A stretch of DNA of 64,000 nt, taken from assembly GCA_950097015.1 (NCBI GenBank), contig CATNEN010000038.1, forward strand, positions 27,590,001 to 27,654,000, given 5' to 3'. Made by a program: the position numbers and the translations under genes. Positions 12,401-23,830 of this stretch are shown here, piece after piece. The notes beneath the pieces are model-generated. The model did not search any database, was not told the origin of the DNA, and worked only from the letters and a program-made list of their open reading frames with translations. Numbering within the stretch: position 1 is the first letter of the stretch; every line of letters begins with the position of its first letter. The DNA is from Macrostomum hystrix. Lineage: Eukaryota; Animalia; Platyhelminthes.

Positions 12401-13489
12401 GGAGACGATACCGTGGATTTGGGAGACGATACCATGGATTTGGAAGACGATACCATGTATTTGGGAGACGATACCGTGGATTTGGGAGACGATACCGTGG
12501 ATTTGAGACACGATACCATGGATTTGGGAGACGATACCGTGGATTTGGGAGACGATACCATGGATTTGGAAGACGATACCATGTATTTGGGAGACGATAC
12601 CGTGGATTTTAGAGACGATATCGTGGATTTGAGAGACGATACCATGGATTTGAGAGACGATACCGTGGATTTGGGAGACGATACCATGGATTTGGGAGAC
12701 TATACCGTGGATTTGGGAGACGATACCATGGATTTGGGAGACGATACCGTGGATTTTAGAGACGATACCGTGGATTTGGGAGACGATACCGTGGATTTTT
12801 AGAGACGATACCGTGGATTTGGGAGACGATACCTTGTAAGAATTTATTGTAATCACACAAAGATCAGGCCCCGTCTCCTATTTTTTTCTATTTTAACTGT
12901 TTCAGTCCGCCGTTGTTGCCGTACTAATGGAATTGCGTACTTAAAGTATTGTGTACTTTTGTTTAGTGCATTTCGCATAACTTAATTGTATAAAAAATGT
13001 AATATCGGTTTAATATGCTGGCTATTTTTTTTTATTCAAGCAAGCTGTTTTGTAATTGCTGTCAAAAAACTGCAGACAAAATCGTGTGAACTATGCGGTG
13101 CAGCCTATCCGCTTGCTGCCAGGGCGGATAAAACCGGACCTCGCTTGACCTGCCTGCTTTTGCCGCTTTACCTGTCTTACCTATTTCGTTATAGAAGAAT
13201 CGAACTAATCTCCGACGCATCCTACACCATGCTACTGTTTAGTCCAAGTGCAGCATTTCTGGCGCTCAATCTGCAAATGGCCAGTTTTAAAGAATTTAAA
13301 ACGTGTTTGCAAACAGATTATGACGTCATGGCTGCCATGATATGCGGCATTCTACTACTGTTATTGACAATGGCTACCTGGCTAGTTACCGTGTTCGCTA
13401 CTCAGCGTGAATCATTTCGTCACTGGTGTAACCGCCGATTTATGGGAGTCTGGATCATTGATCCGAAACAAGTTTCACAATTTCAATGA
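9453..13489 (+). CDS. MARCH-family (RING-CH/RINGv) membrane E3 ubiquitin ligase, ~218 aa; exons 9453-9525, 10001-10170, 13076-13489
   Basis: Spliced product is MQLKS..FCRICHSAAG..LINLCNCSGSVAYTHARCLNRWLHCSQ|TKSCELC, a C4HC3 RING-CH, followed by hydrophobic TM segments. GT-AG introns with phases 1 and 0 are consistent. Confidence 0.88.
9545..9895 (+). mobile_element. SINE family B copy in MARCH intron 1
   Basis: Same body as 8557-8916 in the opposite orientation, with an (ATT)n tail at ~9870-9895. Confidence 0.85.
10240..12833. repeat. 21-bp satellite GGGAGACGATACCGTGGATTT with higher-order duplications, in MARCH intron 2
   Basis: About 120 tandem copies. Variant blocks (e.g. GGATTAGACG) recur at ~475-bp spacing. 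Confidence 0.97.
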
Positions 13490-14052
13490 ATTGTAATGAA
13501 TAGAAAAATTCAAATTATCCGATAATTTCGCATCGCGCGCTTTTGCGTATACACACACACAATCTGTTTATATTGTATCACCAGAAATTGCTTTGTCAGA
13601 GAGACATGGTTTTATTTGAAGCTTAAAACATGAAACTTAAAATGTTTCTAATTCTTAAAAGCTTCCGTATTAATTTTTTCCACCTCGACTTACAAAGATA
13701 CTTTTAAATAAAACAACATTCTTCTTGTCTTTTGACACTCAAAATGAAGAAAAGTTAGGAAACATTTATGTACAGCTTTCTGTGTACGCATTTGACCTAT
13801 TTTAAATTCGTGCCTTCAAAATATCGCCAGCCAAAGCATCCAAATCAAAACTACAAAATAATAAAAATGTCATTTTATATAATGCAGATGCAAATCAATT
13901 AAAAAAAAGAGCTCAGAATTATTTGCGCAAAAAAAGTTTTTGGTTTAATCAAACAACAATTTTTCTTTGTCATTTCGCCGTTAGAAGTCACTACTGTTCA
14001 AAGACTACTGCGCGACAGGTTTTAGTACATATTTCTGTCCACCACTACATAA

Positions 14053-14125
14053 GATCTCGTGGTGTAGTGGTTATCACATCTGTCTAACACACAGAAGGTC
14101 CCCAGTTCGAGCCTGGGCGAGATCA
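14053..14125 (+). tRNA. tRNA-Val-AAC: tRNA-Val (anticodon AAC)
   Basis: 73-nt cloverleaf: acceptor GATCTCG/CGAGATC, D-loop TAGTGGTTA, anticodon arm TCTGT-CTAACAC-ACAGA and T arm CCCAG-TTCGAGC-CTGGG. A TTTT run follows a few bases downstream. Confidence 0.95.
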
Positions 14126-14776
14126 TAATTTTGCCTTATTAAGGCAAAGCCCCACATTTTGCAAAATTAGGAATTCCCCAAGAAGAGGCCTAGCATTTTA
14201 GCTTTCGAACGTAATATCAAGATCAAGCAAATCATAAGTAACGGCTCCGATATGTGGCGAAAATATAAAAGCACAAATTAATGCAAAAGAATGCATAAAT
14301 GTGACTTTGTAATTCTCAGTCAGCCAAACAGAATGGCTGGCAAACTCTGTGATTCGTGCCTAGCTTGTATTTTACCTTCCATTAAACAGTCTTAAAAATT
14401 AAAAGTACAAATATATATTGCAATACCCAATCGTATAATACTGATACATAGTATTTTAAATAGTATGTAGCTTCGTTACCGAACACAAAAATAAATACCG
14501 TACAAAGTAGAACCCGAGCTTCAGCTCTTCCTTATATCGCTTATTTATAAGACAACGTGTATCAGTTATTTACCACGATTTTTCTGAATAAAACAGCATA
14601 TTTTATCTAAAATGTTTGCACTCGATCAAAATCATTTAAACAGTATTTGGCTCCCATCTTAAACAACGTAATTCTCGTACTGCCCTACTTTTCAAACTAC
14701 TGTAAGGGTTTCGTTAACATTTTTTGTTTGGAACAATTATTTTTTCACTGCTCTTCAACGGCGTAATGATCTTCAG

Positions 14777-15227
14777 CATCAGAGTTCGACGAAGTCGCTC
14801 CGCGTTTCTTGAACGGGACAACCTGTCGCGAAGATGTAGAGCCCAGTTCGGAGCGGCTACTTGTATCGCCGCAACAGAATGTTGGCACGGTTCGAGCCAC
14901 GGCACCGTTCGCCATCAATCCAGGCGGCCTCATGTCTAATAGTAGCGCCGTTGTCACGGGCTCCAATGCGATTGCAGTCTACGTGGTCAGGTGAAAATTA
15001 CAGCTTAAATACAGTTCCGAATATTTAGTAGTTAAAATTTACAGACTGCAAGAACGGTGTAAAGAACGGTGAACTACATTTATTTGAAATTGTTTAGGTG
15101 GATGACTTTTGTCAAAAATACACTACGGAGATTGGAAGATTTTCGCTTATTTAAACACAAAAATGGTTATCGTATTTTATTTGAAGCAGATCCTAATTTT
15201 TTTGTTGATGTCGGTTACATTTTCTAG
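14777..15227 (+). CDS. Possible small spliced orphan gene (exons 14777-14990, 15045-15068, 15098-15227; 5' end unknown)
   Basis: GC-richer open block followed by two GT-AG introns (54 and 29 nt) whose phases keep one frame open to TAG at 15227. No recognisable domain. Confidence 0.3.
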
Positions 15228-15537
15228 TGTACTAATATATTCCAGAAAATTCTGTACCCTATAATAGTTATTTTTAGAAAATGATTTAGAAAAACTACAT
15301 TTCTACACTTTTTCAGAAATTTCTTCAAGTAAGCATTGTAAATAAGGCATTTCTGTTATTTTTAAATTAAAAATGATATTGTAGCATCGCGATAAGTATT
15401 AACCATCTACCCCTTGACTGTAATAAATAATACAATATAATTTAGAGATATAAATTAACGGAACCAACTAGAAGTTTACGGAAACGTAGTATAGGCCTAG
15501 TGTTAATTATAATTTTTATGTATAATAATGATATATA

Positions 15538-16694
15538 TGTAGTGTCGGCATGTTTTTATAATGCGTATATTTCTACTTGTAGTAACTTATTCGCGCACGT
15601 CAATATTATGAATTATTTTAATGTATCTGATAGGTTAGTTGTTTGTACATGCGCACCCCAGCCAGGCCTAACACGCGACCGGCCGGTCACCCCTGCTCTA
15701 CAGCCAAGGCATCAGACTAGCCCTGGTCTGGTGGGCCCAACCAATGGGAGGACGGCTAGCCGATTGAAGTGAACCGACTTAAGTGCGACACCCCGAGCCG
15801 GGCCAATCAGCAGCCGGTTCGTTAACCGGCAGGGTCGACCTGGCAGAAGAACAAGCGGCGCGGCCGGCACCCAGGCTTTGATGAGGGCTGGGGCGGGCGC
15901 TTGACTATAAAACTGACTATTGCGCTGAAATATTGTTCTCATGTGATTCTGGTCTCGCGTTCGACCTTGCTCTTGCTCTTGATCTTGATATTGTTCTCAT
16001 TCGTGTTACGCATCCTAGTAAATAGATACCGGGACAGGTAAACCGGTCCAACTAGTTAGTCAAAGAAAACCCCCACACTCAACCCCACGTCAGTAAGTAG
16101 CTTGCGCTGAGCTCGGTACGTCTGGCCAACTGCTGACGGAGTGTTAGATAGGGATTGGCAAGCACGGAAGCACTCTCCATATCGCCGACAATCATCGGTG
16201 GGACGCCGTCGAACAGACATTAGGTGTGGCACGATAGAACTATCGTTGTGCCATAGTGCAGAAGTGCTTGCTGGTCGCCTCGGTTTTATGTTAGGGATTT
16301 TGGTTAGGTTTCGCGTTATTTGTCTTGTTTGTTATAGGGACTATCTGTTTGTCTAGGATTTATTTGTGTTGTTTATCGTGTCGTATTATCGAGTAGAGTT
16401 CGTGTTTTGTGTTGCGGTTATCGAGATTTTGTTAGTGCGAATTGTGAATTGGATTGAATTAAGTACAGTACCTGGCAGGGGACGAAAAGAGCGCTGCCAG
16501 GGGAATTGATCAGTGATCATAGCTTTCTCTTATTTACTAATTAACACTTAAATATCAGCTGTTTAGCTTGGGATTTGAATCGTCTTGTCTTCGTTATTTT
16601 CGAGTTGCGAAAAGGGAATCTCTCACAAAGAGTAGGACACCCGACCTCATTTAGGAATCTCAACGTAAAGAGAGACCTAAGTCAAAATATCACA
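15538..16694 (+). mobile_element. Probable solo LTR
   Basis: TGT...ACA termini flanked on both sides by TATATA. Internal CCAAT boxes, GC box GGGGCGGG and TATAAAA (~15906). No coding capacity. Confidence 0.55.
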
Positions 16695-17070
16695 TATATA
16701 TAATATAATATGTTAACAGATTAATATAATATGTTATAACTATCCACCTATCTTCAAATAAAGTGGATAGTTACTCGTATTATAATAATATATTGAGTAT
16801 AAATATACAGCCACCACAGCGATAAAAAACCAACCCTTTTAATTTGCACACAAATGCAAATTAAAAAATATATATATTGAACCACCTTGTTTTCATTTTC
16901 TTCAAATTACTAAAACTGAGCATGTTAATTTCTCCAACGAATTTAACAAGCTTGCTTCCTTCAAATGTGATCTTCACACTGACTCATTTTCTTTACTAGC
17001 TAGACCTATACAACTAACATCACAAGCATCTAATTAAAAAAAAATTTAAAACACTTAGTTTTCCGTTCTT

Positions 17071-20000
17071 CTACTCCTGATGATCCTCTGATAAAATTGA
17101 GTTCATTACCGCACTGGCGCTGCCCTCGAGTTGACCAACTGGCCGCATGAGGTTCATAGACGCTGTATCGCTGCAATGAAAATGACAATAAATTATTTAG
17201 AAAATTTGCTTTAGTTTAATAAACATAAAATACGTGACATATCAGTTTTACTTTTGACTCCTGGTCAAGTCGAATTGGCGAATCGCGTCTAATAGCTGAT
17301 CAAGGGTCTGCAATGTGAGATTTGCGGTTCAGAATTGTCCTTGACTTTGATTAACTCTCGATGTCATCATGATATGAACTCCTGAAACCATGAGCTCCTG
17401 AAGTCATGAGCTCCTGAAGCCATGAACTCCTGAAGCCATGAACTCCTGAACACCATCATGAACTCCTGAACACCATCATGAACTCCTGAACACCATCATG
17501 AACTCCTGAACACCATCATGAACTCCTGAACACCATCATGAACTCCTGAACACCATCATGAACTCCTGAACGCCATCATGAACTCTTGAACCCGTGTGCG
17601 GCTCACCTCACACTCTGCTCTGGCAATATCGGCCCTGATCTGAAATACCGATCTCCAAAACGTTGAGTAATAGTCCATTCGCCTGAGAAACAGATTTCAA
17701 TTAACAATGGATTTAAATATTAAAATTAGTATAGTTAAAAATTAATCGGTATATTAAGTCGAACCGAATCCATTCTCACGATTTATAGAACGTCGGCAGT
17801 TCGTCTCCAAGTTTCCTTCGCGATATGCCCAGCGAGGTCTTCCTCTCGTAGGCGGCCAGCTCAAGCTGCAGGTACAGGTAAAATGATAAATAGGTAGATA
17901 GGTAGATAGGTAAATAGATAGATAGATAGGTAGATAGGTCTAACGCAGTCTAACGTGTCTAACGCGTCTGCCACTCGTGCCGAGGTCCTTGAGTTCTATT
18001 CCACGGTGAGGCCACCATTTTTTTGATGCGCAGCCGCGGAGAGAAGGCTTTGGGGGCTTGTTGTGGAATTTACGCCATTGAGGGCAAACCTACAACTCAC
18101 AGTGGGACTTTAATACTGACTGACGATGAGATGCAGGGCAGATGTACACACCTGTTCAGTGTCAGAAAAATAGGCAGAGTTGCCTCATCACTGGCTGCGG
18201 GTCTACTGTCACTAAATTATTTGCTCTGCCCACAGATATTATTATTATCATTTTAACCGCTTGGTTAAAGACTTCAATTTCAATTTCCCAGATTTTTTGA
18301 AGGAATTATTTCTTATATGCACGTTATACTACTATTAAAAAAATCGTCAGTAGGCAGATTTTGCTTTAATATGAACCAAGAAGGGGCTGTAGGCTAGTGG
18401 CTAAAGACTTGCACTCAAGACATGAAGGTCGGGGGTTCGCTTCCCGGCTCCATTGTATTTGTATAAAACAATTTAAATACTGAGCTTTATAAAGTTTTTG
18501 CACCTTTCTCAGTTCATCAGGGTCGACATTCTTCTTCTTGCCATAGGAGACGTGCTTCTTCTCTGCTGCTTTGGCTATCTTCTGCTTCTCCTTGTAGTCC
18601 TGGATCTCTTTCTGCATATTCCATTGTGGGTGAGTTCGTTCATAATTGCTGGAACCCTGCCAAATACCAATGAAGTCCTTAAAAATGAAGACTGACCTCG
18701 AACGGACCAAACTGATCTCGGAACACAATGGTCTCCTCGACTGGGATTGTTTCGAAATTCCTGGCTCCACTCTCGGCTATGTTTTGCATGGCCTAAAAAA
18801 TTGTCAAATTTTCGCATCTTCTGCCGTTCATATCTCCTCGCAGTCGTAGCTATATCTGACAGGTTGAAGCCATGTCTAACAGGTCGAAACCATGTCTAAC
18901 AGGTTGAAACCATGTCTAGCAGGTTGAAACCATGTCTAGCAGGTTGAAACCATGTCTAACAGGTTGAAACCATGTCTAACAGGTTGAAACCATGTCTAAC
19001 AGGTTGAAGCCATGTCTAACAGGTTGAAGCCATGTCTAACAGGTTGAAGCCATGTCTAACAGGTATAAACCATATCTAACAGGTATAAACCATATCTAAC
19101 AGGTCGAAACCATGTCTAACAGGTTAAAACCAAGGCTAACAGGTTGAAAGCATGTCTAACAGGTCGAAACCATGTCTAACAGGTTGAAACCATGTCTAGC
19201 AGGTTGAAACCATGTCTAGCAGGTTGAAACCATGTCTAACAGGTTAAAACCAAGGCTAACAGGTTGAAAGCATGTCTAACAGGTCGAAACCATGTCTAAC
19301 AGGTTGAAACCATGTCTAGCAGGTTGAAACCATGTCTAGCAGGTTGAAACCATGTCTAACAGGTTGAAACCATGTCTAACAGGTTGAAACCATGTCTAAC
19401 AGGTTGAAACCATGTCTAACAGGTTGAAACCATGTCTAACAGGTTGAAACCATGTCTAACAGGTTGAAACCATGTCTAACAGGTTGAAACCATGTCTAAC
19501 AGTTTGAAATCATGTCTAACAGGTTGAAACCATGTCTAACAGTTTGAAATCATGTCTAACAGGTTGAAACCATGTCTAACAGGTTGAAACCATGTCTAAC
19601 AGGTCTTACAGTAACAGCTAGCTGTCTTACTTTCAGGGAGGCACTGAAATCAGCCTTCAAATCCCAGTTCGCTTCACATATATTGTCAAGGGCGTCAAAG
19701 AAAGCCTTCTCGGCGTTGATGAAGCCTTTGAAATTGTTGAATAAAAAAATTATGTATATTTGCGTGGGTAAAAGATTGAATTTAATCAAATCGAAACTCA
19801 CGTCGAAAAGCCTCGTTATATGCATTCAATTGAACGTGAAGAGTCTGAACCAGTAGCTGAAAAGTTCAGATGTTGAGAAGTTGCAAGAATTATGTTGCTA
19901 CGCTTATATCATATTATTGAAATGTAATATTCTTAAAAACAATCATACTCAGGAAACCTGTTCTGTAAGGATATTATTATTCTAAATAAATTCTGAGAAA

Positions 20001-22091
20001 ACTATAATTCTAAGAAAACTGGAATTCGGAGAAAACTGGAATTCTAAGAAAACTGGAATTCTAAGAAAACTGGAATTCTGAGAAAACTGGAATTCTAAGA
20101 AAACTGGAATTCTAAGAAAACTGGAATTCTGAGAAAATTGGAGTTCTGAGAAAACTGGAATTCTGAGAAAACTGGAATTCTGAGAAAACTGGACTTCTAA
20201 GAATACTGGAATTCTAAGAAAACTGGAATTAATAAATAAACGTGAGAGGTTTAACTGTCAACTAATTTGGGAGTTTTTACGAAATCGGATTCTTCAAAAG
20301 TCCAAGATTTTTTCTTCGGTTTTCAGACTTCTCAAATTTTAGTAACGGTTTGAGTTAAGAAGCAAACATATTTGACAAAAAATTAATTATCGGAACAGAC
20401 CGCATTAACTAGGTCAGCAAAATCTCACCCTCTGACTTTTTAGCCGCTGCTCATTAGCAAGAATTGGATCGCTGTCACACTGAAATAGTTTTTTTTAGAT
20501 TTGAGCAAAATTTATATGACCAGTTCAATGGCAGTAATAAATTAAATTGCCGATAAAAGAGAGCTGGGATGGACTCAATGACCAATAATAATAATTGATT
20601 ACACCTTCTCCAATTGGGTCAGATGTGCAGCCGACAGCACAGCCGCAGCTATTGCGCGGCGCATCTGAAGACTGCGTACAGCTGTTCAGTCCATGGACTG
20701 GGGGGACGCCACACCCACCTTCAATTATCCCAGCTGATGCTGGTACCCATTTAACAGCTGGGTGAACTGAAGCAATGCAGAGTTAAGTGTCTATAGTACA
20801 CAAATTGTTCCAGTGGAGTCGGGAAACGAACCCCCGACCTTCAAGTCGCGAGTCCGACGCCCTAACCACTAGGCTACAACCTCTACAACCTCAATGACCA
20901 ACCAAGATGACTGGAATGGATGTAACGACCATTTAAATGACTGGAATGGATGTATTGACCGATTTTATTACAGGATTGAATGCAATGACTAATTAAATGA
21001 CCGAAATATATGCAATGACCGATTCAGTGACTGGAATAAACTCTGCAATGACCAAGTAGACTGGAATATATGTTATGACCAATTTTATTAAAGGAATGGA
21101 TGCAGTGACCGATTCAGTGATTGAATGACGATTTCAATGACTAGAATGAGTGTAATGACAAATCCCATGACTGGAATGAGTGTAATGACAAATCCCATGA
21201 CTGGAATGAGTGTAATGACAAATCCCATGACTGGAATGAGTGTAATGAAAAATCCCATGACTGGAATGAGTGTAATGAAAAATCCCATGACTGCAATGAG
21301 TGTAATGAAAAATCCCATGACTGGAATGAATGTAATGGCAAATCCCATGACTGGAATGAGTGTAATGAAAAATCCCATGACTGGAATGAGTTTAATGACA
21401 AATCCCGTGACTGGAATAAATGTAATGGCAAATCCCATGACTGGAATGAGTGTAATGACAAATCCCATTACTGGAGTGAGTGTAATGACAAATCCCATGA
21501 CTGGAATGAGTGTAATGACAAATCCCATGGCTGGAATGAGTGTAATGACAAATCCCATGACTGGAATGAATTTAATGACAAATCCCGTGACTGGAATGAA
21601 TGTAATGACAAATCCCATGACTGGAATGAATTTAATGACAAAACCCATGACAGGAATGAGTGTAATTACAAATCCCATGACAGGAATGAGTGTAATGACA
21701 AATTCCATGACAGGAATGAGTGTAATGACAAATTCCATGACTGGAATGAATTTAATGACAAATCCCGTGACTGGAATGAATTTAATGACAAATCCCATGA
21801 CTGGAATGAATTTAATGACAAATCCCGTGACTGGAATGAATGTAATGACAAATCCCGTGACTGGAATGAATGTAATGGCAAATCCCATGACTGGAATGAG
21901 TGTAATGACAAATCCCATGACAGGAATGAGTGTAATGACAAAACCCATGACAGGAATGAGTGTAATGCCTATCTTTATGACTGGCATAGATACTAATGGT
22001 AGAGGTAATGTTTATTACGATGACTAAATTGAATTGAAACTTACTTATACTCAAACCAGAATTTCTGCATATGACTTACCTTCTCAGCCAT
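17071..22091 (-). CDS. Divergent BAR-domain protein (amphiphysin/BIN-like, BAR only), ~244 aa; exons 22091-22080, 20479-20429, 19856-19802, 19725-19631, 18792-18697, 18611-18504, 17865-17780, 17682-17607, 17307-17252, 17170-17071
   Basis: Nine GT-AG introns, all phase-compatible (735 nt CDS). The segment QFGPFEKEI..RRKLGDELPTFYKSRMDYYSTFWRSV aligns without gaps to recalled BIN1 [34 protein letters not shown]. Confidence 0.78.
17374..17590. repeat. 17-20 bp minisatellite CATCATGAACTCCTGAACAC in a BAR-gene intron
   Basis: Tandem copies are visible. Confidence 0.9.
17955..18250 (+). mobile_element. SINE family B, degenerate copy, preceded by a (GRTA)n microsatellite
   Basis: Contains the GCGCAGCCGCGGAGAGAAGGC, CTGACGATGAGA and GGCTGCGGGTCTA blocks and an ATT tail. 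Confidence 0.75.
18383..18452 (+). mobile_element. Isolated tRNA-like SINE head (family A-related)
   Basis: TAGGCTAGTGG and GAAGGTCGGGGGTTCGCTTCCCGGCTCCA match the family A head. The cloverleaf is imperfect. Confidence 0.55.
18857..19605. repeat. 20-bp satellite CCATGTCTAACAGGTTGAAA in a BAR-gene intron
   Basis: About 37 tandem copies. Its core is the reverse complement of the 28-bp satellite core. Confidence 0.95.
19988..20230. repeat. 17-bp minisatellite GAAAACTGGAATTCTRA
   Basis: About 14 tandem copies. Confidence 0.9.
20586..20889 (-). mobile_element. SINE family A, full length, with a 12-bp TSD
   Basis: Reverse-complement copy of 346-630. TSD CTCAATGACCAA at 20574-20585 and 20890-20901. 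(ATT)n tail. Confidence 0.88.
20895..21985. repeat. 30-bp satellite TGTAATGACAAATCCCATGACTGGAATGAG in BAR-gene intron 1
   Basis: About 35 copies, degenerate at the left edge. Confidence 0.95.
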
Positions 22092-23041
22092 ATTGAAATG
22101 ATTTTTTACTGAAAACTCGAATTCGTAGCTATTAAACTCTGCCAATGCTGTCTGAACAGACTTGGAGAAAAAGTTTTATGCAGGTTTTATCAAGAAGACA
22201 CGTGCGCACAGGAAGAATCTATAGTTTACAATTCGTTGGCCCCAATAAAATAATTTAAATCTGAAACTGGCATCTATTCACCAGCTTTAAGGCCATCAGT
22301 TTGTGCATTCTAACCAATTTGCGCATAGGCCGTTGAATGTACACAATGAGTAATTATTTTCTTTTAAATCTGATCTTACATAGATATGAAGTTCTGTTGC
22401 ACTGTGGATGGCCGAATACACATGGCCGTACCGATGCTGACATTCTCTTTGGCTCTGTATATACCAGAGCGGGTTCTGATAGTTATCCATATTAAGAATT
22501 TAAGCATATATGCTAGCTAGTCTACCCAAAAATTGAATCCTTTGCAAGCCAGTGTGTCAGCTCATTTATTAAGAATCTTATTAGACGTATATGGACACCC
22601 TGATGCAAATTTCTCTTAATTCGCTGAAGTGAAGTGAAGTGAATGTCTTTACTTTTGAGCCTCAATATTGGGCTTATACACTCAACTACTAATTGTTAAA
22701 AGCCCCGTTCTTGAGTTTCGTGTCCTTGAGTAGATCTGTTTGGGTGCATCGCAAATAATGTTCATGGGTGAGAATTACCACCTTGGTAGTTCTGATACTG
22801 TAAATCCTAAATTGCAGTTTAATTTTTACGAGTACAACTGCAATGTTGTCATGTTGTCATGAATTACATGACAACACAAAAACAACTCTTAATGAAGTTA
22901 CTTTCCATTCCACCTATCAACCAGACTTGTTATAAAACAAAATATTTCAAGCGCACCCTAAAGAGCAGAACCGAGTTTGATTGTACTTTTTATTTGAATA
23001 TTTTTTAAAACGACCTTCTATCACAAGCTACCTTACTTAAT

Positions 23042-23505
23042 TCATTGCTTCTACAATTTCATTATCTGACGAAACCGTTCGCATTGTGTACGGATACTGA
23101 AATACATCACTGAGCGCTGTGGATGTCGATGCAAAGCTTTATTGGCAAATTGTACTGTTTTAATAGCTGACTGGCAGCCATTGTTTGGGTACTTGACGCC
23201 TCGCCAATAAAGCCAACAAAATTGGTGTAGTTTAGGCTCCACGAGTTGCACAATGAACTGGTTGAACTCTTGAGAGACTGGAGTCGAGACCAGGTGCCAG
23301 TGTGCTGCCTCCTCACAGTGTCTGTGGCCTTGAAGAAGCTTCCGAGTGCTTCGCCTTCGAGCACAAACTGGTACCTCTTTTCTGAGTCGACTGTGGTCGT
23401 ATCCGAGCCAGTGACCAGATTCCACAGCGTCAGAAATGTGCTCCCGGATCCTGAGAGCACAACAGTCAGGCGGGCCATTGCTGGGTATGCGAATGCTTTT
23501 AGCAT
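23042..23505 (-). pseudogene. Internally deleted partial duplicate of exon 5 of the double-flytrap receptor
   Basis: Near-identical to parent segments 29320-29518, 30363-30369, 30385-30443 and 30569-30768, joined end to end. A 2-bp frameshifting deletion lies near 23139. Confidence 0.88.
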
Positions 23506-23679
23506 TCCCACCGCTGTTGCCTTAATTTAATAGATATTTAACTGGCGGTCCTTAAATGGGCCGTTTTAACTTCTCAAATGGTAGCATATTTGTATGCACG
23601 AGCGGTAATTAGGCAACTGTATGCGTTTCCAGTCAATTAGGCGTCCCCGAGATTAGAGTTTAGCAGTTTCCCTTCTGTA

Positions 23680-23830
23680 ATATTCTTAGTATAATTCTTA
23701 GTGTAATTCTTAGTATAATTCTTGGTATAATTCTTAGTATAATTCTTAGTATAATTCTGAGGATGGTTCTGAGTATGGTTCTGAGTATGGTTCTGAGTAT
23801 GGTTCTGAGTATAGTTCTGAGTATAGTTCT
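23680..23830. repeat. 12-bp tandem repeat TTCTTAGTATAA grading into TTCTGAGTATGG
   Basis: Directly visible. Confidence 0.85.

Noticed and set aside
10179-12856. Long ORFs (up to 707 aa) of IHGIVSQ / DLGDDTV repeats
   Set aside because: They are by-products of a 21-bp stop-poor satellite lying inside a canonical MARCH intron; frames switch at every 20-bp variant.
17088-17109. 22-nt GT-AG intron in the last BAR exon
   Set aside because: It is implausibly short and unnecessary, because the unspliced frame ends cleanly at TAG 17071.
21088-22027. Two ~300-aa repetitive ORFs on opposite strands
   Set aside because: They are translations of a 30-bp satellite within intron 1 of the BAR gene.
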